A stretch of DNA of 64,000 bases, from the NCBI GenBank assembly GCA_963771175.1, contig CAVYSY010000058.1, forward strand, positions 32,001 through 96,000. The letters are read 5' to 3'. This document shows positions 34,860 through 45,408 of the stretch, one piece after another. Position 1 is the first letter of the stretch. Each line of letters opens with the position of its first letter. The notes beneath the pieces were generated by a model that was given only the letters and a program-made list of their open reading frames with translations, had not been told where the DNA came from and ran no database searches. A program made the translations under genes and the position numbers. Origin of the DNA: an uncultured delta proteobacterium (GTDB lineage Bacteria > Myxococcota > Myxococcia > Myxococcales > Myxococcaceae).

Positions 34860-37800
34860 ATGTCCGTGACCGCCGAGCTGCTCGAAACCATCCGGGAGGA
34901 AGCGCGCCCGGACACCTGGTCCGCCGGCATGGGCCTGGCCCGCGCGGGCGCCGTCTCGGTGCAGTCCGTCGGACAGGAAGAGGCCGTCCTGCGGGTACGT
35001 GCCGCCGGCCGGCCAGTGCCCGTGACCACCGTGCTCTACCCGGAGGACGACGTCTGGGAGTGTGACTGCCGCGGCCGGGTGGATCCCTGCGAGCACGTGG
35101 TGGCGGCGGCCCTCGTCCTCCACCACTCGATGACCCAGCGCCCCTCCGCCCAGCGCGCCCCCGGGCCCCAGGCCCCCGCGCGGCCCATGCCGACCCGGCC
35201 CCCCCAGGTCCCCGCGGCCCAGGCCGGCCCACGCCCAGGTGCCGCCCCGAAGCCGGAGCGCATGGTGTACCGCTTCAAGCGCGTGGACGGAGGGTTGCAA
35301 CTCGAGCGCCTGCTCGTGCGTCCGGACAACACCGCGCGGCTCCTGGCACGCAGCCTGTCGTCGCTGCTGACGAACCCCGTGGAGGCGGCCCGGCTCCAGG
35401 TGGAGCCCTGTGACCTGCTCGCGGACAAGCTGCTGGCGCGGCCCACGAGGGGCGCACTTCCGCCCGAGCGGCTCGACGCGCTCCTGCGCGTGCTGGAGCC
35501 CGCGCGCACCGTCATCTTCGATGGCGCGCTGGTGTCCGTCTCGAGCGAGCCCGTCCTTCCGCGCGTCACCGTGGAGGACCGCGGCGAGCAGACGGTGCTC
35601 AAGGTGGAGAAGGACCCGCGCATCACCGAGGTGGTGAGCCCCGGACTGGTGGTGTGCGCGGGCACGCTCTGCCGGCTCGGCGAGCAGTCCCTCACCGGCG
35701 CACGACTGGAAAACCTGCCGCAGGAGCGCGCCTTCTCGCCCGCGCAGATGGGGGAGCTCACCGGGAAGGTGCTGCCGGACTTCGCGCGACGCATGCCGGT
35801 GGACGTGAAGAGCCAGCGGCTGCCGCCCATCGACCGCACCCTCAAGCCGCGCATCTCCGTGGAGCTCAACCAGTTGGACTCCGGCCTCTCGGTGTTGCCC
35901 ACGCTGGTGTACGGCTCGCCGCCCTCGGTGCGCATCGACAACGGGCGCATGGTGTACCTGAAGGGCGCGGTGCCCGTGCGCGACGAGGCCGCCGAGCAGA
36001 AGCTCATCCACGAGCTGCGCGACGAGCTGAACATGGTGCCCGGCCGGCGAGTGACGGTGCAGGGCCAGGAGGCGGTGCAGCTCGCCAACAAGCTGCGGCG
36101 CTGGCGCGGAGGCCTCACCGGAGACGCGGCGCGCGTGGTGAGCCCCAACGTGCAGCTCCGCCCCACTCTCTCGGTGGACACGGGCGCCACGCAGGCCGGC
36201 GTGCCGCGGGTGGGCTTCACGTTCGAATTCCAGGTGGAGGGGGAGGGACCGGACGCGCCGCGCTCGGTGGACGCGAGCGCGGTGATGCGCGCGTGGGAGG
36301 AGGGGCTGGGTCTGGTGCCGCTGGAGGGCGGCGGGTGGGCGCCACTGCCCACCGCGTGGCTGAAGACGCACGGCCAGCGCGTGGCGGACCTGCTGGCCGC
36401 GCGCGGGACGGACGGGCGGCTCGCCAACCACGCCATCCCGCAGCTCACCGGACTGTGCGACGCGCTGGAGCACCCTCCCCCGCCCGGGCTCGAGCGGCTG
36501 GCGCCCCTGGTGCAGGGCTTCGAGAAGCTGCCGGACGTGCAGCTTCCGAAGGACCTCACCGCGACGCTGCGCCCGTACCAGCTCCAGGGCGTGAGCTGGC
36601 TCACCTTCCTGCGACAGGCGGGCCTCGGCGGCGTGCTCGCGGACGACATGGGCCTCGGCAAGACGCTGCAGACCATCTGCACGCTGGGGCCGGGCACGCT
36701 GGTGGTGGCCCCCACGAGCGTGCTCCCCAACTGGGAGGCGGAGGTGAAGCGCTTCCGTCCCTCGCTGAAGGTCTCCGTCTACCACGGCCCCGGCCGCACC
36801 CTGGACGAGACGGCCGACGTGACGCTCACCACCTACGCGCTGATGCGCCTGGACGCGGCGGTCCTCGGGGCCAGGGAGTGGGACACGGTGGTGCTGGACG
36901 AGGCCCAGGCCATCAAGAACCCGGACAGCCAGGTGGCGCGCGCGGCGTACGGGCTGCGGGCCGCCTTCCGGGTGGCCCTGAGCGGCACCCCCATCGAGAA
37001 CCGGCTCGAGGAGCTCTGGAGCCTGATGCACTTCACCAACCAGGGGCTGCTCGGGGGGCGCAAGGAGTTCGACGAGCGGTGGGCGCGGCCGGTATCGGAC
37101 AACCAGAAGGGAGCGGCCGAGCAACTGCGCGCGCGCATCCGCCCCTTCGTGCTGCGCAGGCTCAAGCGGGACGTGGCGCCCGAGCTCCCGCCGCGCACCG
37201 AGTCCGTGCGGCACGTCACCCTCAACGAGCGGGAGCGCGCCGTCTACGACGCGGTGTACGCCGCCACGCGCGAGGAGGTGGTGTCCCAGCTCGAGGAGGG
37301 CGGCAGCGTGTTGAAGGCGCTGGAGGCGCTGCTGCGGCTGCGTCAGGCGGCGTGCCACCCCGCGCTCGTGCCGGGCCAGCAGGCGAAGACGTCCTCCAAG
37401 GTGCAGGCGCTGATCGAAGCGCTCAGCACGGCGGTGGAGGACGGGCACAAGGCGCTCGTCTTCTCGCAGTGGACGTCCATGTTGGATCTCATCGAGCCGG
37501 AGCTGAAGGAGGCGGGCATCGGCTTCATCCGGCTGGACGGCAGCACGAGCAACCGCGGCGCCGTGGCCGAGTCGTTCCAGGACCCGAAGGGCCCACCGGT
37601 GATGCTGATTTCCCTCAAGGCGGGCGCCACGGGGCTCAACCTCACGGCGGCGGACCACGTCTTCCTGGTGGACCCGTGGTGGAACCCCTCCGTGGAGGCA
37701 CAGGCGGCGGACCGCGCGCACCGCATCGGCCAGCAGCGACCGGTGATGGTGTACCGACTGGTGTCGCAGGGCACGGTGGAGGAGAAGATCCTCACCCTGC

Positions 37801-37895
37801 AGGAGAAGAAGCGCGCGCTCTTCGAGTCCGCGCTCGGCGGCGCCTCCGGGGCCGCGGCCATCACTCGGGCCGACCTCATGCAACTCCTCGACTGA
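34860..37895 (+). CDS. SWIM zinc finger + SNF2-family helicase/ATPase
   Basis: CDC...[39 protein letters not shown]. Confidence 0.95.
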   Translation: MSVTAELLETIREEARPDTWSAGMGLARAGAVSVQSVGQEEAVLRVRAAGRPVPVTTVLYPEDDVWECDCRGRVDPCEHVVAAALVLHHSMTQRPSAQRAPGPQAPARPMPTRPPQVPAAQAGPRPGAAPKPERMVYRFKRVDGGLQLERLLVRPDNTARLLARSLSSLLTNPVEAARLQVEPCDLLADKLLARPTRGALPPERLDALLRVLEPARTVIFDGALVSVSSEPVLPRVTVEDRGEQTVLKVEKDPRITEVVSPGLVVCAGTLCRLGEQSLTGARLENLPQERAFSPAQMGELTGKVLPDFARRMPVDVKSQRLPPIDRTLKPRISVELNQLDSGLSVLPTLVYGSPPSVRIDNGRMVYLKGAVPVRDEAAEQKLIHELRDELNMVPGRRVTVQGQEAVQLANKLRRWRGGLTGDAARVVSPNVQLRPTLSVDTGATQAGVPRVGFTFEFQVEGEGPDAPRSVDASAVMRAWEEGLGLVPLEGGGWAPLPTAWLKTHGQRVADLLAARGTDGRLANHAIPQLTGLCDALEHPPPPGLERLAPLVQGFEKLPDVQLPKDLTATLRPYQLQGVSWLTFLRQAGLGGVLADDMGLGKTLQTICTLGPGTLVVAPTSVLPNWEAEVKRFRPSLKVSVYHGPGRTLDETADVTLTTYALMRLDAAVLGAREWDTVVLDEAQAIKNPDSQVARAAYGLRAAFRVALSGTPIENRLEELWSLMHFTNQGLLGGRKEFDERWARPVSDNQKGAAEQLRARIRPFVLRRLKRDVAPELPPRTESVRHVTLNERERAVYDAVYAATREEVVSQLEEGGSVLKALEALLRLRQAACHPALVPGQQAKTSSKVQALIEALSTAVEDGHKALVFSQWTSMLDLIEPELKEAGIGFIRLDGSTSNRGAVAESFQDPKGPPVMLISLKAGATGLNLTAADHVFLVDPWWNPSVEAQAADRAHRIGQQRPVMVYRLVSQGTVEEKILTLQEKKRALFESALGGASGAAAITRADLMQLLD

Positions 37896-37947
37896 GAGGA
37901 GCCCGAGAGCCTGGACTCCGTGGCAAGGGCTCCGCGGCCCGCGTGCC

Positions 37948-38622
37948 CTACCTCATCGGCCCGGGCTCCGTGGAGGAGGCCTGCGCTTCCTGCCTCGTGG
38001 CCTCGAGGAGCCGCAGCACCTCTTCGTCGGAGACCTGGGCAAAGTCCTCGTACCATTCGCCGATCGCCCAGAGTTCGGGCGTGTCCAGCACGCACACCAC
38101 CTCGTCGACCTCGGGCCGTATCTCCTCCAGGCTCTGGGAAGCGGCCACCGGCACGGCGAGGATGATCTCCCTCGGGTGGTGCGCGCGCAGGGAGCGGGTG
38201 GCGGCCCGGACGGTTCCTCCAGTCGCGATGCCGTCGTCGACCACGATGACGGTCCGCCCGCGCAGCTCGGGAGGACGCCCATTGTGCCGAAACCGGAGGG
38301 CCCGCCTCGTCACCTCCCGGGCCTCCAGTTCAGCGGTGTCGGCGATGTCTTCCTTCTTCAGCCCGAGCTGCCTCATGAGGGAGCGGTTCAGGTACACGGC
38401 CCCGCCCTCCGCCACCGCCCCCACGCCCAGCTCCGGCTGACCCGGCGTTCCAATCTTCCGGGACACCCAGACATCGAGCGGTGCGCCAAGCGCCCGCGCG
38501 ACCTCATAGGCCACGGGCACCCCTCCGCGAGGGAGTCCCAGGACGATGGGGTTCCGCCCGGCGTAGCCCCCCAGAAGCGCCGCCAACTTTCTGCCTGCAT
38601 CCGTGCGATCGATGAATGTCAT
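37948..38622 (-). CDS. Phosphoribosyltransferase (type I, uncharacterised subfamily)
   Basis: FIDRTDAGRKLA, LPRGGVPV, VVDDGIATG, WYEDFAQVSDEEV. Confidence 0.9.
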   Translation of the reverse strand: MTFIDRTDAGRKLAALLGGYAGRNPIVLGLPRGGVPVAYEVARALGAPLDVWVSRKIGTPGQPELGVGAVAEGGAVYLNRSLMRQLGLKKEDIADTAELEAREVTRRALRFRHNGRPPELRGRTVIVVDDGIATGGTVRAATRSLRAHHPREIILAVPVAASQSLEEIRPEVDEVVCVLDTPELWAIGEWYEDFAQVSDEEVLRLLEATRQEAQASSTEPGPMR

Positions 38623-38668
38623 GTCCACCCTCTCGAAAGGATGCTGCTCACGCCCGCGGAGGTGGGCC

Positions 38669-39607
38669 ATGGACACGGCGCTGGTGATCGGAACCTCCCA
38701 ACCGGACCTGGGTCGAGCGATAGCCCGGGCGCTGGGCATCGAACCAGTGCCCTGCTCGATCCGTTCGTTCCCAGACGGAGAGCTCGACGTCACCCTGAAT
38801 CAGCCGGTGCGGGGGCTGAGCGTGCATGTGCTGCAGGCCACCGGCCCGCCCGTGGGGGAGCGCCTGCTCGAACTGGCCCTGGTGTGCGACGCCTGCTGGC
38901 GGGCGGGCGCGCGGGCCGTGACGGTCCTCCTTCCGTACTTCGGATTCGCCCGGCAGGACCGGCGCAAGCTCGAGGGGCAGCCCCTGGGAGCCCGGGTCGT
39001 CGCGGACCTGCTGAGCACCAGCCGGCCCACCCGTCTGGTGGCGGTGGAGCTGCACAGCCGGGCCCTCGAGGGGTGCTTCGAGGCGCCACTCGAACACCTG
39101 ACGGCGGTGCCCCTCCTGGCGGAGGCGGCCCGGGAATGGGTTCGGCCGGACTCGGTCCTCGTGGCTCCCGACCTGGGCGCCGTCAAGCTGGCGGAGGCCT
39201 ATGCCGCGCGCCTCGGCTCGCCGATCGCGGTGGTCCACAAGAGCCGGCTCAGTGGCTCGGAGGTCAAGGTCCACGGGGTGCTCGGCGACGTGCGCGGGCG
39301 CCGGCCCCTCGTGGTGGACGATATGATCTCCACGGGAGGCACGGTGGTCGCCGCGGTGCGCGCGCTTCGCGAGGCCGGCTGCGTGCCCGAGGTCACGGTC
39401 GTGGCCACGCACGGGCTGCTGGTGGGCCGTGCGCTGGAGCTGCTCGCCGGAGCGCCCGTGCAACAACTCGTCACCACGGACAGCGTGATTCCGCCAGCGA
39501 ACGTGCCATTCCCGCACCGGGTGGTGAGCCTCGCGCCCCTGCTGGCGGACGCCGTGCGGCGGTTGGAGGAGCGCCGGCCCCTCACCGGGCTGCTCGCGAG
39601 CCGTTGA
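38669..39607 (+). CDS. prs: Ribose-phosphate pyrophosphokinase paralogue
   Basis: FPDGE, PYFGFARQDR, APDLGA, VDDMISTGGT, ATHGL. Confidence 0.88.
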   Translation: MDTALVIGTSQPDLGRAIARALGIEPVPCSIRSFPDGELDVTLNQPVRGLSVHVLQATGPPVGERLLELALVCDACWRAGARAVTVLLPYFGFARQDRRKLEGQPLGARVVADLLSTSRPTRLVAVELHSRALEGCFEAPLEHLTAVPLLAEAAREWVRPDSVLVAPDLGAVKLAEAYAARLGSPIAVVHKSRLSGSEVKVHGVLGDVRGRRPLVVDDMISTGGTVVAAVRALREAGCVPEVTVVATHGLLVGRALELLAGAPVQQLVTTDSVIPPANVPFPHRVVSLAPLLADAVRRLEERRPLTGLLASR

Positions 39608-39609
39608 AC

Positions 39610-40729
39610 ATGAGCACCCTCACCGTCTTCCTGTGCGGCGACGTGATGACCGGGCGGGGCATCGATCAGGTCCTGTCGCCCGGGCGTGCCCTCCCCAGCT
39701 GTACGAGCCCTACGTCCAGGATGCCCGGGACTACGTCGAACTGGCCGAGCGGGCGAACGGTCCCATTCCCAGGCCCGTGCGGCTCGACTACGTCTGGGGT
39801 GATGCGCTGGCGGAGCTGGAGCGGCGTGCCCCGGACGTGCGGTCGATCAACCTGGAGACGAGCGTCACCACCAGCGAGGCGTGGTGGCCGGGCAAGGGCA
39901 TCAACTACCGGATGCACCCGGACAACGTCGCCTGCCTCACGGCCGCCGCGCATCGACTGCTGCGCGCTGGCGAACAACCATGTGCTCGACTGGGGCATCG
40001 CGGGGCTGCTGGAGACGCTGGCCGCCTGCAGGCGAGCGGGGATCGCCACCGCCGGGCGCGGGCGCCACCTGGAGGAGGCGCGCGGCTCCCGCCGTGCTGG
40101 ACGTGCCGGGCAAGGGCCGGGTCCTCGTGTTCTCGCTCGGCGACGGAGACGCAGCGGCATTCCACCCGAGTGGGCGGCGGGCACGGACAGGCCGGGCGTG
40201 AATCTGCTGCCGGACCTGTCTCGCCGCCACGGCCAGGCGCATCGGCGCGCGGGTGCGAGCCATGCCGGCGCACGGGCGACCTCGTCGTCGCCTCGATCCA
40301 CTGGGGCGGCAACTGGGGCTACGAGGTGCCGTGGGGGCAGCGGCGAGTTCGCCCGGGCCCTCGTCGATGAAGCGGGCGTCGACATCGTCCACGGCCACTC
40401 CTCGCACCACCCCCGCGGCATCGAGGTCTACCGGGAGCGACTCCATCCTCTACGGCTGCGGGGACTTCCTCAACGACTACGAGGGCATCCACGGCTACGA
40501 GGAATTCCGCGGCGATCTGACCCTGATGTACTTCGCGACCCTGGAGCCCGCGAGCGGCCGATTGCGCTCCCTCCGCATGACGCCGATGCGGGTGCGCCGC
40601 TTCCAGGAGAACCGAGCCTCCGCCAGCGAAGCGGAGTGGCTGCGGCAGGTCCTGTCGCGGGAGGGCGAGAGGTTCGGGACTCACGCGGTGCTGGAAGCGG
40701 ATGACACGCTCACGCTGCGGTGGGACTGA
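39610..40729 (+). CDS. CapA/PgsA-family metallophosphatase (many indels)
   Basis: GDVMTGRG, NLET, LANNH, SIHWG, HGHSSHH, YGCGDF across frames. Confidence 0.85.
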
Positions 40730-40784
40730 AGCCGTGCATGGGGCGTCCCGCATCCAGAACTGGACGGCAATCGCCTTCCGGTTG

Positions 40785-41255
40785 TCATGGGCCGCCCGGA
40801 AGCATCTCGCGCCGGGCGAAGGGGTCCACGTACGTAGCGACCGCGATTCGCTCCCAGGTGTCGTGGCGCCCGTCCAGGTAGCTCACGGGGACCCCGGAGA
40901 GGTCGACACCATCGAGGCAGTTCACGCTCACGGAGTAGAACTCCCCTCCGAGCTCCGGGATGTTGCCGTGTCCGAAGGAGCGGATGCCGCAGACCTTGCA
41001 GAAGAGGTGATGAACGGGCGCGCCCCCGCCCGGGTAGTCGCTGAGGCTCTCGGCCCCGGAGAGGAGCCGGAAGGCGCCCGGCTTCACGATGCTGCCCCAC
41101 CAGCCGGCCTTCGTGCAGAACGTGCAGTTGCACCGGGTCGTCCCGGTGCCGAGGTCCAGGTCGACCTCGTAACGCACGGCACCGCAGCGGCAACTGCCCG
41201 TGTACGTGCGCGGACCGGCGGGATTCGGCGTCTGCTTCGAGGCGGGGTTGCTCAT
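40785..41255 (-). CDS. GFA (CENP-V) family Zn protein
   Basis: GSCRCG, CNCTFC, FCKVCG. Confidence 0.9.
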   Translation of the reverse strand: MSNPASKQTPNPAGPRTYTGSCRCGAVRYEVDLDLGTGTTRCNCTFCTKAGWWGSIVKPGAFRLLSGAESLSDYPGGGAPVHHLFCKVCGIRSFGHGNIPELGGEFYSVSVNCLDGVDLSGVPVSYLDGRHDTWERIAVATYVDPFARREMLPGGP

Positions 41256-41330
41256 GGCAAGGCTCCAGGGAAGTGGACGGGACCCTCGTGGGGCCTCGTC
41301 CGGGTGACGAGAAACACGGTAGGAACCATT

Positions 41331-41349
41331 GCGGACAGTTTCGGTCCGC
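41331..41349. promoter_or_regulatory. Inverted repeat, candidate operator of the HTH-WYL regulator
   Basis: GCGGAC-AGTTTCG-GTCCGC between divergent GFA and WYL genes. Confidence 0.55.
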
Positions 41350-41370
41350 GATGAGAGGGAGCCTGGAGCC

Positions 41371-42324
41371 ATGCTCGACACGTCCGCCCGCCTGCTGAAG
41401 GTGCTCTCCCTGCTGCAGTCCCGGCGCTTCTGGGCGGGGAGCGACCTGGCGCGGGAGCTCGGCGTCACGGAGCGCTCCGTGCGGCGGGACGTGGACCGGC
41501 TGCGCAGCCTCGGCTACCCGGTGCACGCGGCGGCGGGCGTGGGGGGCGGCTACCAGCTCGGGGCGGGCAAGGAGCTGCCGCCGCTGCCCCTGGACGACGA
41601 CGAGGCGGTGGCCGTGGCGGTGGGCCTGCGCGCCGCGGCCACGGGGCCGGTGACGGGGCTCGAGGAGGCCTCGGTGCGCGCGCTGGCCAAGCTCGAGCAG
41701 GTGCTGCCCCGGCGCCTGCGCCGCCGCGTCGAGGCGCTGCAGACGGTCAGCGTCCAACTGCGCGACGCGGGGCCCACGGTGGACGCGGAGGTCCTGGCCG
41801 TCCTCGCGGGCGCCTGCCGCGATGGGGAGCTGCTGCGCTTCGACTACAACAGCCGCGACGGGGCGGGGAGCCGGCGCACCGTGGAGCCCTACCGGCTGGT
41901 GCACACCAGCCGGCGCTGGTACCTGCTGGCGTACGACACGGACCGCGATGACTGGCGCACCTTCCGGGTGGACCGCATCGCGCCGAAGCCACTGCCCGGC
42001 CCGCGCTTCACGCCCCGCCCCCTACCGAGCGACGACGTCGCCGCCTACGTGTCGCAGTCCCTCTCCACGGAGGTGTACCGCTACCGGGCGCGGGTGACGA
42101 TGCACGCCCCCGCGAAGGAGGTGGGCCAGCGCATCTCCGCCCTGGGCGGGCGACTCGAGGCGCTCGGAGCGGACCGCTGCATGCTTCACACGGGCGCGGA
42201 CTCCCTGGAGGGCCTCGCCTTCCACCTGGGCTACCTCGGCTTCGACTTCGAGGTGCACGAGCCCCCCGAGCTCGCCCAGCACCTGCGCCAGCTCTCCGGG
42301 CGCCTGGCACGCGCGGCACGCTAG
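41371..42324 (+). CDS. YafY-family HTH-WYL transcriptional regulator
   Basis: HTH ELGVTERSVRRDVDRLR; WYL RWYLLAY...WRTFRVDRI. Confidence 0.93.
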   Translation: MLDTSARLLKVLSLLQSRRFWAGSDLARELGVTERSVRRDVDRLRSLGYPVHAAAGVGGGYQLGAGKELPPLPLDDDEAVAVAVGLRAAATGPVTGLEEASVRALAKLEQVLPRRLRRRVEALQTVSVQLRDAGPTVDAEVLAVLAGACRDGELLRFDYNSRDGAGSRRTVEPYRLVHTSRRWYLLAYDTDRDDWRTFRVDRIAPKPLPGPRFTPRPLPSDDVAAYVSQSLSTEVYRYRARVTMHAPAKEVGQRISALGGRLEALGADRCMLHTGADSLEGLAFHLGYLGFDFEVHEPPELAQHLRQLSGRLARAAR

Positions 42325-42391
42325 CCCCTGCCGCGCGCTTGGAGGAGAGCGAGCGGCAATCTAACGTCACCCGGCGAAGGAGCGCGTGCGG

Positions 42392-43062
42392 ATGGCGAGG
42401 TTCACTCGGCGGTTGCTCAATGTGGATGCGGCTCGGTTGGCGGTGCTCGAACGAGCCCTCAGGGGCGGAGACGCCACGCTGAGTCCCCACGAAGCCGCGG
42501 CCATGCTCGCGCGTTACCGGGAAGGAATGCGGCTGCTGGTCCGGGTTGTCACTTCACCGGGAGCACCCGAGCTTCGCGAGGCCGCGGTGTACGGGTTCGT
42601 GTTCGCGAATATCGCTCCGCAGCACTTCGTGCTCCTGCGACGCGCGTTCGCGAATCCGGACGAGGCGCCCGGGGTCCGGGCGCAGGCCGCCGAAGCCCTG
42701 GGTTCTCAGCTTTCGGGTACAGGCATCGATGGCAGCGCCGTTACCGGCGCATCGTGGATTCGCTGATGCGCGGGCTCGATGACCCGGCGCCCGAAGTGCG
42801 GTTCCGGTGCATCTACGCGTTGGTCGGCAAGGATGATGAGAGGGTGCTGCCCAAGCTTCGGGTCATCGCGGCCACCGACACCGCCGAGTGCCGTGGCATG
42901 TGGGCGTCGAGGCTCGAGGCACTGTGGGCGATCCAGCTGGCGAGCACTCGGCCGCGACGGACGTTGAGGCAGGAGGCACTGTGGGCGTCGAGTGGATCGA
43001 GTCTGGCCGCGACTGCGACCCCCGGACGCTCTGAGCCCACGAACACGGCGCCACTACCATGA
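42392..43062 (+). CDS. HEAT-repeat protein, frameshifted with degenerate 3' end
   Basis: PELREAAVY, PGVRAQAAEALG, LDDPAPEVRF; GAGGCACTGTGGGCG duplicated near the end. Confidence 0.45.
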
Positions 43063-43136
43063 GTCGAACAATCGGCTTCGCGGATACCCCAACCCGGCCC
43101 GGGGCGGCGGGTTTGATTCCCGCCACCCCTCACAAC

Positions 43137-44289
43137 TCAGCCCTTGAGCACGGCGATGGGCGTGAGCCGCAGGATGGGCGTCACCAGCTCCGCCTCGTCC
43201 TCCAGCACCTCCGCGATGTCGCGGTAGGCCGCCGGGGCCTCTTCCACCAGGTCCTCCACCCGGCCCCGGTCGAACACCACCCGGCGCAGCGAGTGCTCCA
43301 GCGCCGCCGGGCGGATGCTCTTCCGGGCCTCCCCGCGGTGAGCACCCGCCCCGCCCCGTGTGAGCAGGAGCCGAAGGCCCGCGGCTCTCCCCGCCCCTCC
43401 ACCAGGTACGAGGCCGTCCCCATCGAGCCGGGGATGATGCCCGTCTGCTCCCGGCGCGCAGCCCCACCGCCCCCTTGCGGTGGACGAGCAGCACGCGGCC
43501 CAGGTGCGTCTCCTCCGCCACGTGGTTGTGGTGGACGTCCACTCCCGGCTCCGGCTCGCACCCGAGCGCCTCGGCCAGCACCTCCACCGCGCGCGCCGCG
43601 AGGCGTCGCGGTTGGCTCGGGCGAAGCGGCAGGCCCACTCGATGTCCGCGAGGCAGGCGGCGCCCTCGGGAGTGTCGGTGCGCAGGCCCGGCAACGAGCC
43701 CTCTCCCTTCGTGACCGCCACCCGCAGGTGGTGTGAGGCGATGGCTCCGCCGATGCCCCGCGAGCCCGAGTGGATGAGCAGCCACAGGTCACCCCCGGCG
43801 TCCCGGTCCAGCTCGAGGAAGTGGTTGCCGCCCCCGAGCGTGGCGAGGTGCCTCGGCGCGAGCCGCTCCCAGTCCTTCTGGAGCCGGTGGGTGGAGAGGC
43901 TCGCGGCCTGGAGCTCGGGCGGCAGCGGCAGGCCCGCCCCCCGGTGGATGGCATCCCCCACTGGCACCCGACGGGCCAGTGCCGCCAGCAGCCGCTTCGA
44001 GCTCCCCCGCCCGAGCGACGCGGCCGGGAAGGCGAAGCGGCGGGCGCTGACGCCGCACCCGAGATCGCCTCCCAGCGCGCCCGGAACCACGGTGCGCTCG
44101 GTGGCGAAGACGGTCCCCACGGCCACGCCCTGCGAGACGTGGACGTCCGGCATCGCCGCCACGTGCTCCACCACGTAGGGCTGGCTGGCGATGTGCTGGA
44201 GCTGCTTCACCGCGCCCGGTGGCACCTCGCGCGCCCAGGCGAGGATGGGAATGGCCCCCGGCGGGCTCTCGAGGCACCCGGGGCATCAT
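43137..44289 (-). CDS. rtcB: RtcB-family 3'-phosphate RNA ligase (several indels)
   Basis: MPDVH, GDLGCG, GGGNHFLE, HSGSRG, HHNH, HRKGA, PGSMG, SHGAGR, EEAPAAY, ...VLKG*. Confidence 0.92.
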
Positions 44290-44699
44290 GACTCACCCCC
44301 TTCCTCGTCCGGCACCATGCGGGGTGCCACGCCCACGCAGACGAAACGCAGGTTCGGGACGCGCTTGAGGTTCAGGCCCAGCGCGAGCTGCGAGCGGATG
44401 AAGCCACTCGCGCGCTCGAGGGCCGCCTCCACCGGAGCGGGCCCGGACTCCTGGCGCTCGGGAGGGAGGGTGAAGCCGATACGGGCATGGCGGCCGTCCG
44501 GGGACAGCTCGAGCGTCGTCACCACGACGCCTTCGAGCAGCGGGTCGGACAGCTCGCCTCGGAACAGGAGGGACACCTCCTCGAAGAGGGCGGACTGGAG
44601 GCGCAGGTGGCGCGCCGGAACGGAGGTTGCTTCGGACGAAAAGGAATCAGAGCCCGCGCGCCGGTGCGACGCGCGGGAGCGGCGATGCTTCGAGCTCAT
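44286..44699 (-). CDS. Ribosome-binding factor A paralogue
   Basis: RLQSALFEEVS...ELSDPLL..VVVTTLELSPDGRHARI...ASGFIRSQLA..LNLKRVPNLRF (RbfA KH-fold pattern); ATGA overlap with rtcB. Confidence 0.8.
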   Translation of the reverse strand: MSSKHRRSRASHRRAGSDSFSSEATSVPARHLRLQSALFEEVSLLFRGELSDPLLEGVVVTTLELSPDGRHARIGFTLPPERQESGPAPVEAALERASGFIRSQLALGLNLKRVPNLRFVCVGVAPRMVPDEEGGES

Positions 44700-44834
44700 G
44701 GAGCGAACGGTTCCCTGGACGCCGCGCCCGGATGGGGGCACGGCGCCTCGATTCAGGAGAAGACGAGGCTCCACGTCGGCGCGCGAGCGCCGGAGTCAGC
44801 GGGTCCGTTCGACGAGGAGACGGAACGCGCCCGG

Positions 44835-44888
44835 TCACACGGTCAGCGACGTGGAGAAACCCGAGATACCGTTTTGCACACGTCCCAT
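44835..44888 (-). CDS. Putative 17-aa leader peptide MGRVQNGISGFSTSLTV
   Basis: GGAGGTG Shine-Dalgarno just upstream of ATG 44888; stop TGA 44835-44837; followed by hairpins then rbfA-like gene. Confidence 0.45.
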   Translation of the reverse strand: MGRVQNGISGFSTSLTV

Positions 44889-44983
44889 GGCACACCTCCC
44901 GCCGCACCGTCCATGTGTCAACGCCCTGGCGACAACCCCTCGGAACGATTGAACCCGAGGGCGGCGGACAGCAGGATGACGGC

Positions 44984-45407
44984 ATGGTCGACAAACTGAT
45001 CCTCAGTGACGAGGAATGGCGGAAGCGTCTGACACCCGAGGAGTACCAGGTGCTGCGTCACCACGGCACGGAGCGTCCCCACACCGGCTGCTTCGTCGGC
45101 ACGAAGGACCCCGGGACGTACGTCTGCGCCGGCTGCGGCAACCCGCTCTTCAGGCGGGCACGAAGTTCGAGTCGGGCACCGGCTGGCCCTCGTTCACCCA
45201 GCCCCTCCAGGCCGGACGCGGTGACCGAGTACCGGGATGTCTCGTACGGGATGATGCCGCACCGAGGTGCGCTGCGGCCGGTGTGATGGCCACCTGGGAC
45301 ATGTCTTCCCCGATGGCCCGCCGCCCACCGGGCTGCGCTACTGCATGAACTCCGTGGCGATGAAGCACGTGCCGGAAGGTCAGCCCCTCCAGCTCGTCAC
45401 GAAGTGA
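44984..45407 (+). CDS. msrB: Peptide-methionine (R)-S-oxide reductase (frameshifted)
   Basis: [44 protein letters not shown]. Confidence 0.93.
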
Positions 45408-45408
45408 G

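Noticed and set aside
33987..37883. 1298-aa minus-strand ORF and other long antisense ORFs
   Set aside because: Shadow frames of high-GC genes (here the SNF2 helicase); no recognisable motifs
39610..40729. Poly-gamma-glutamate capsule locus
   Set aside because: No capB/capC; CapA-family metallophosphatases commonly occur alone
44700..44830. tRNA or tRNA-like gene near rtcB
   Set aside because: Stems present but no T-loop (GTTCGA) in a cloverleaf context and no acceptor stem or CCA end
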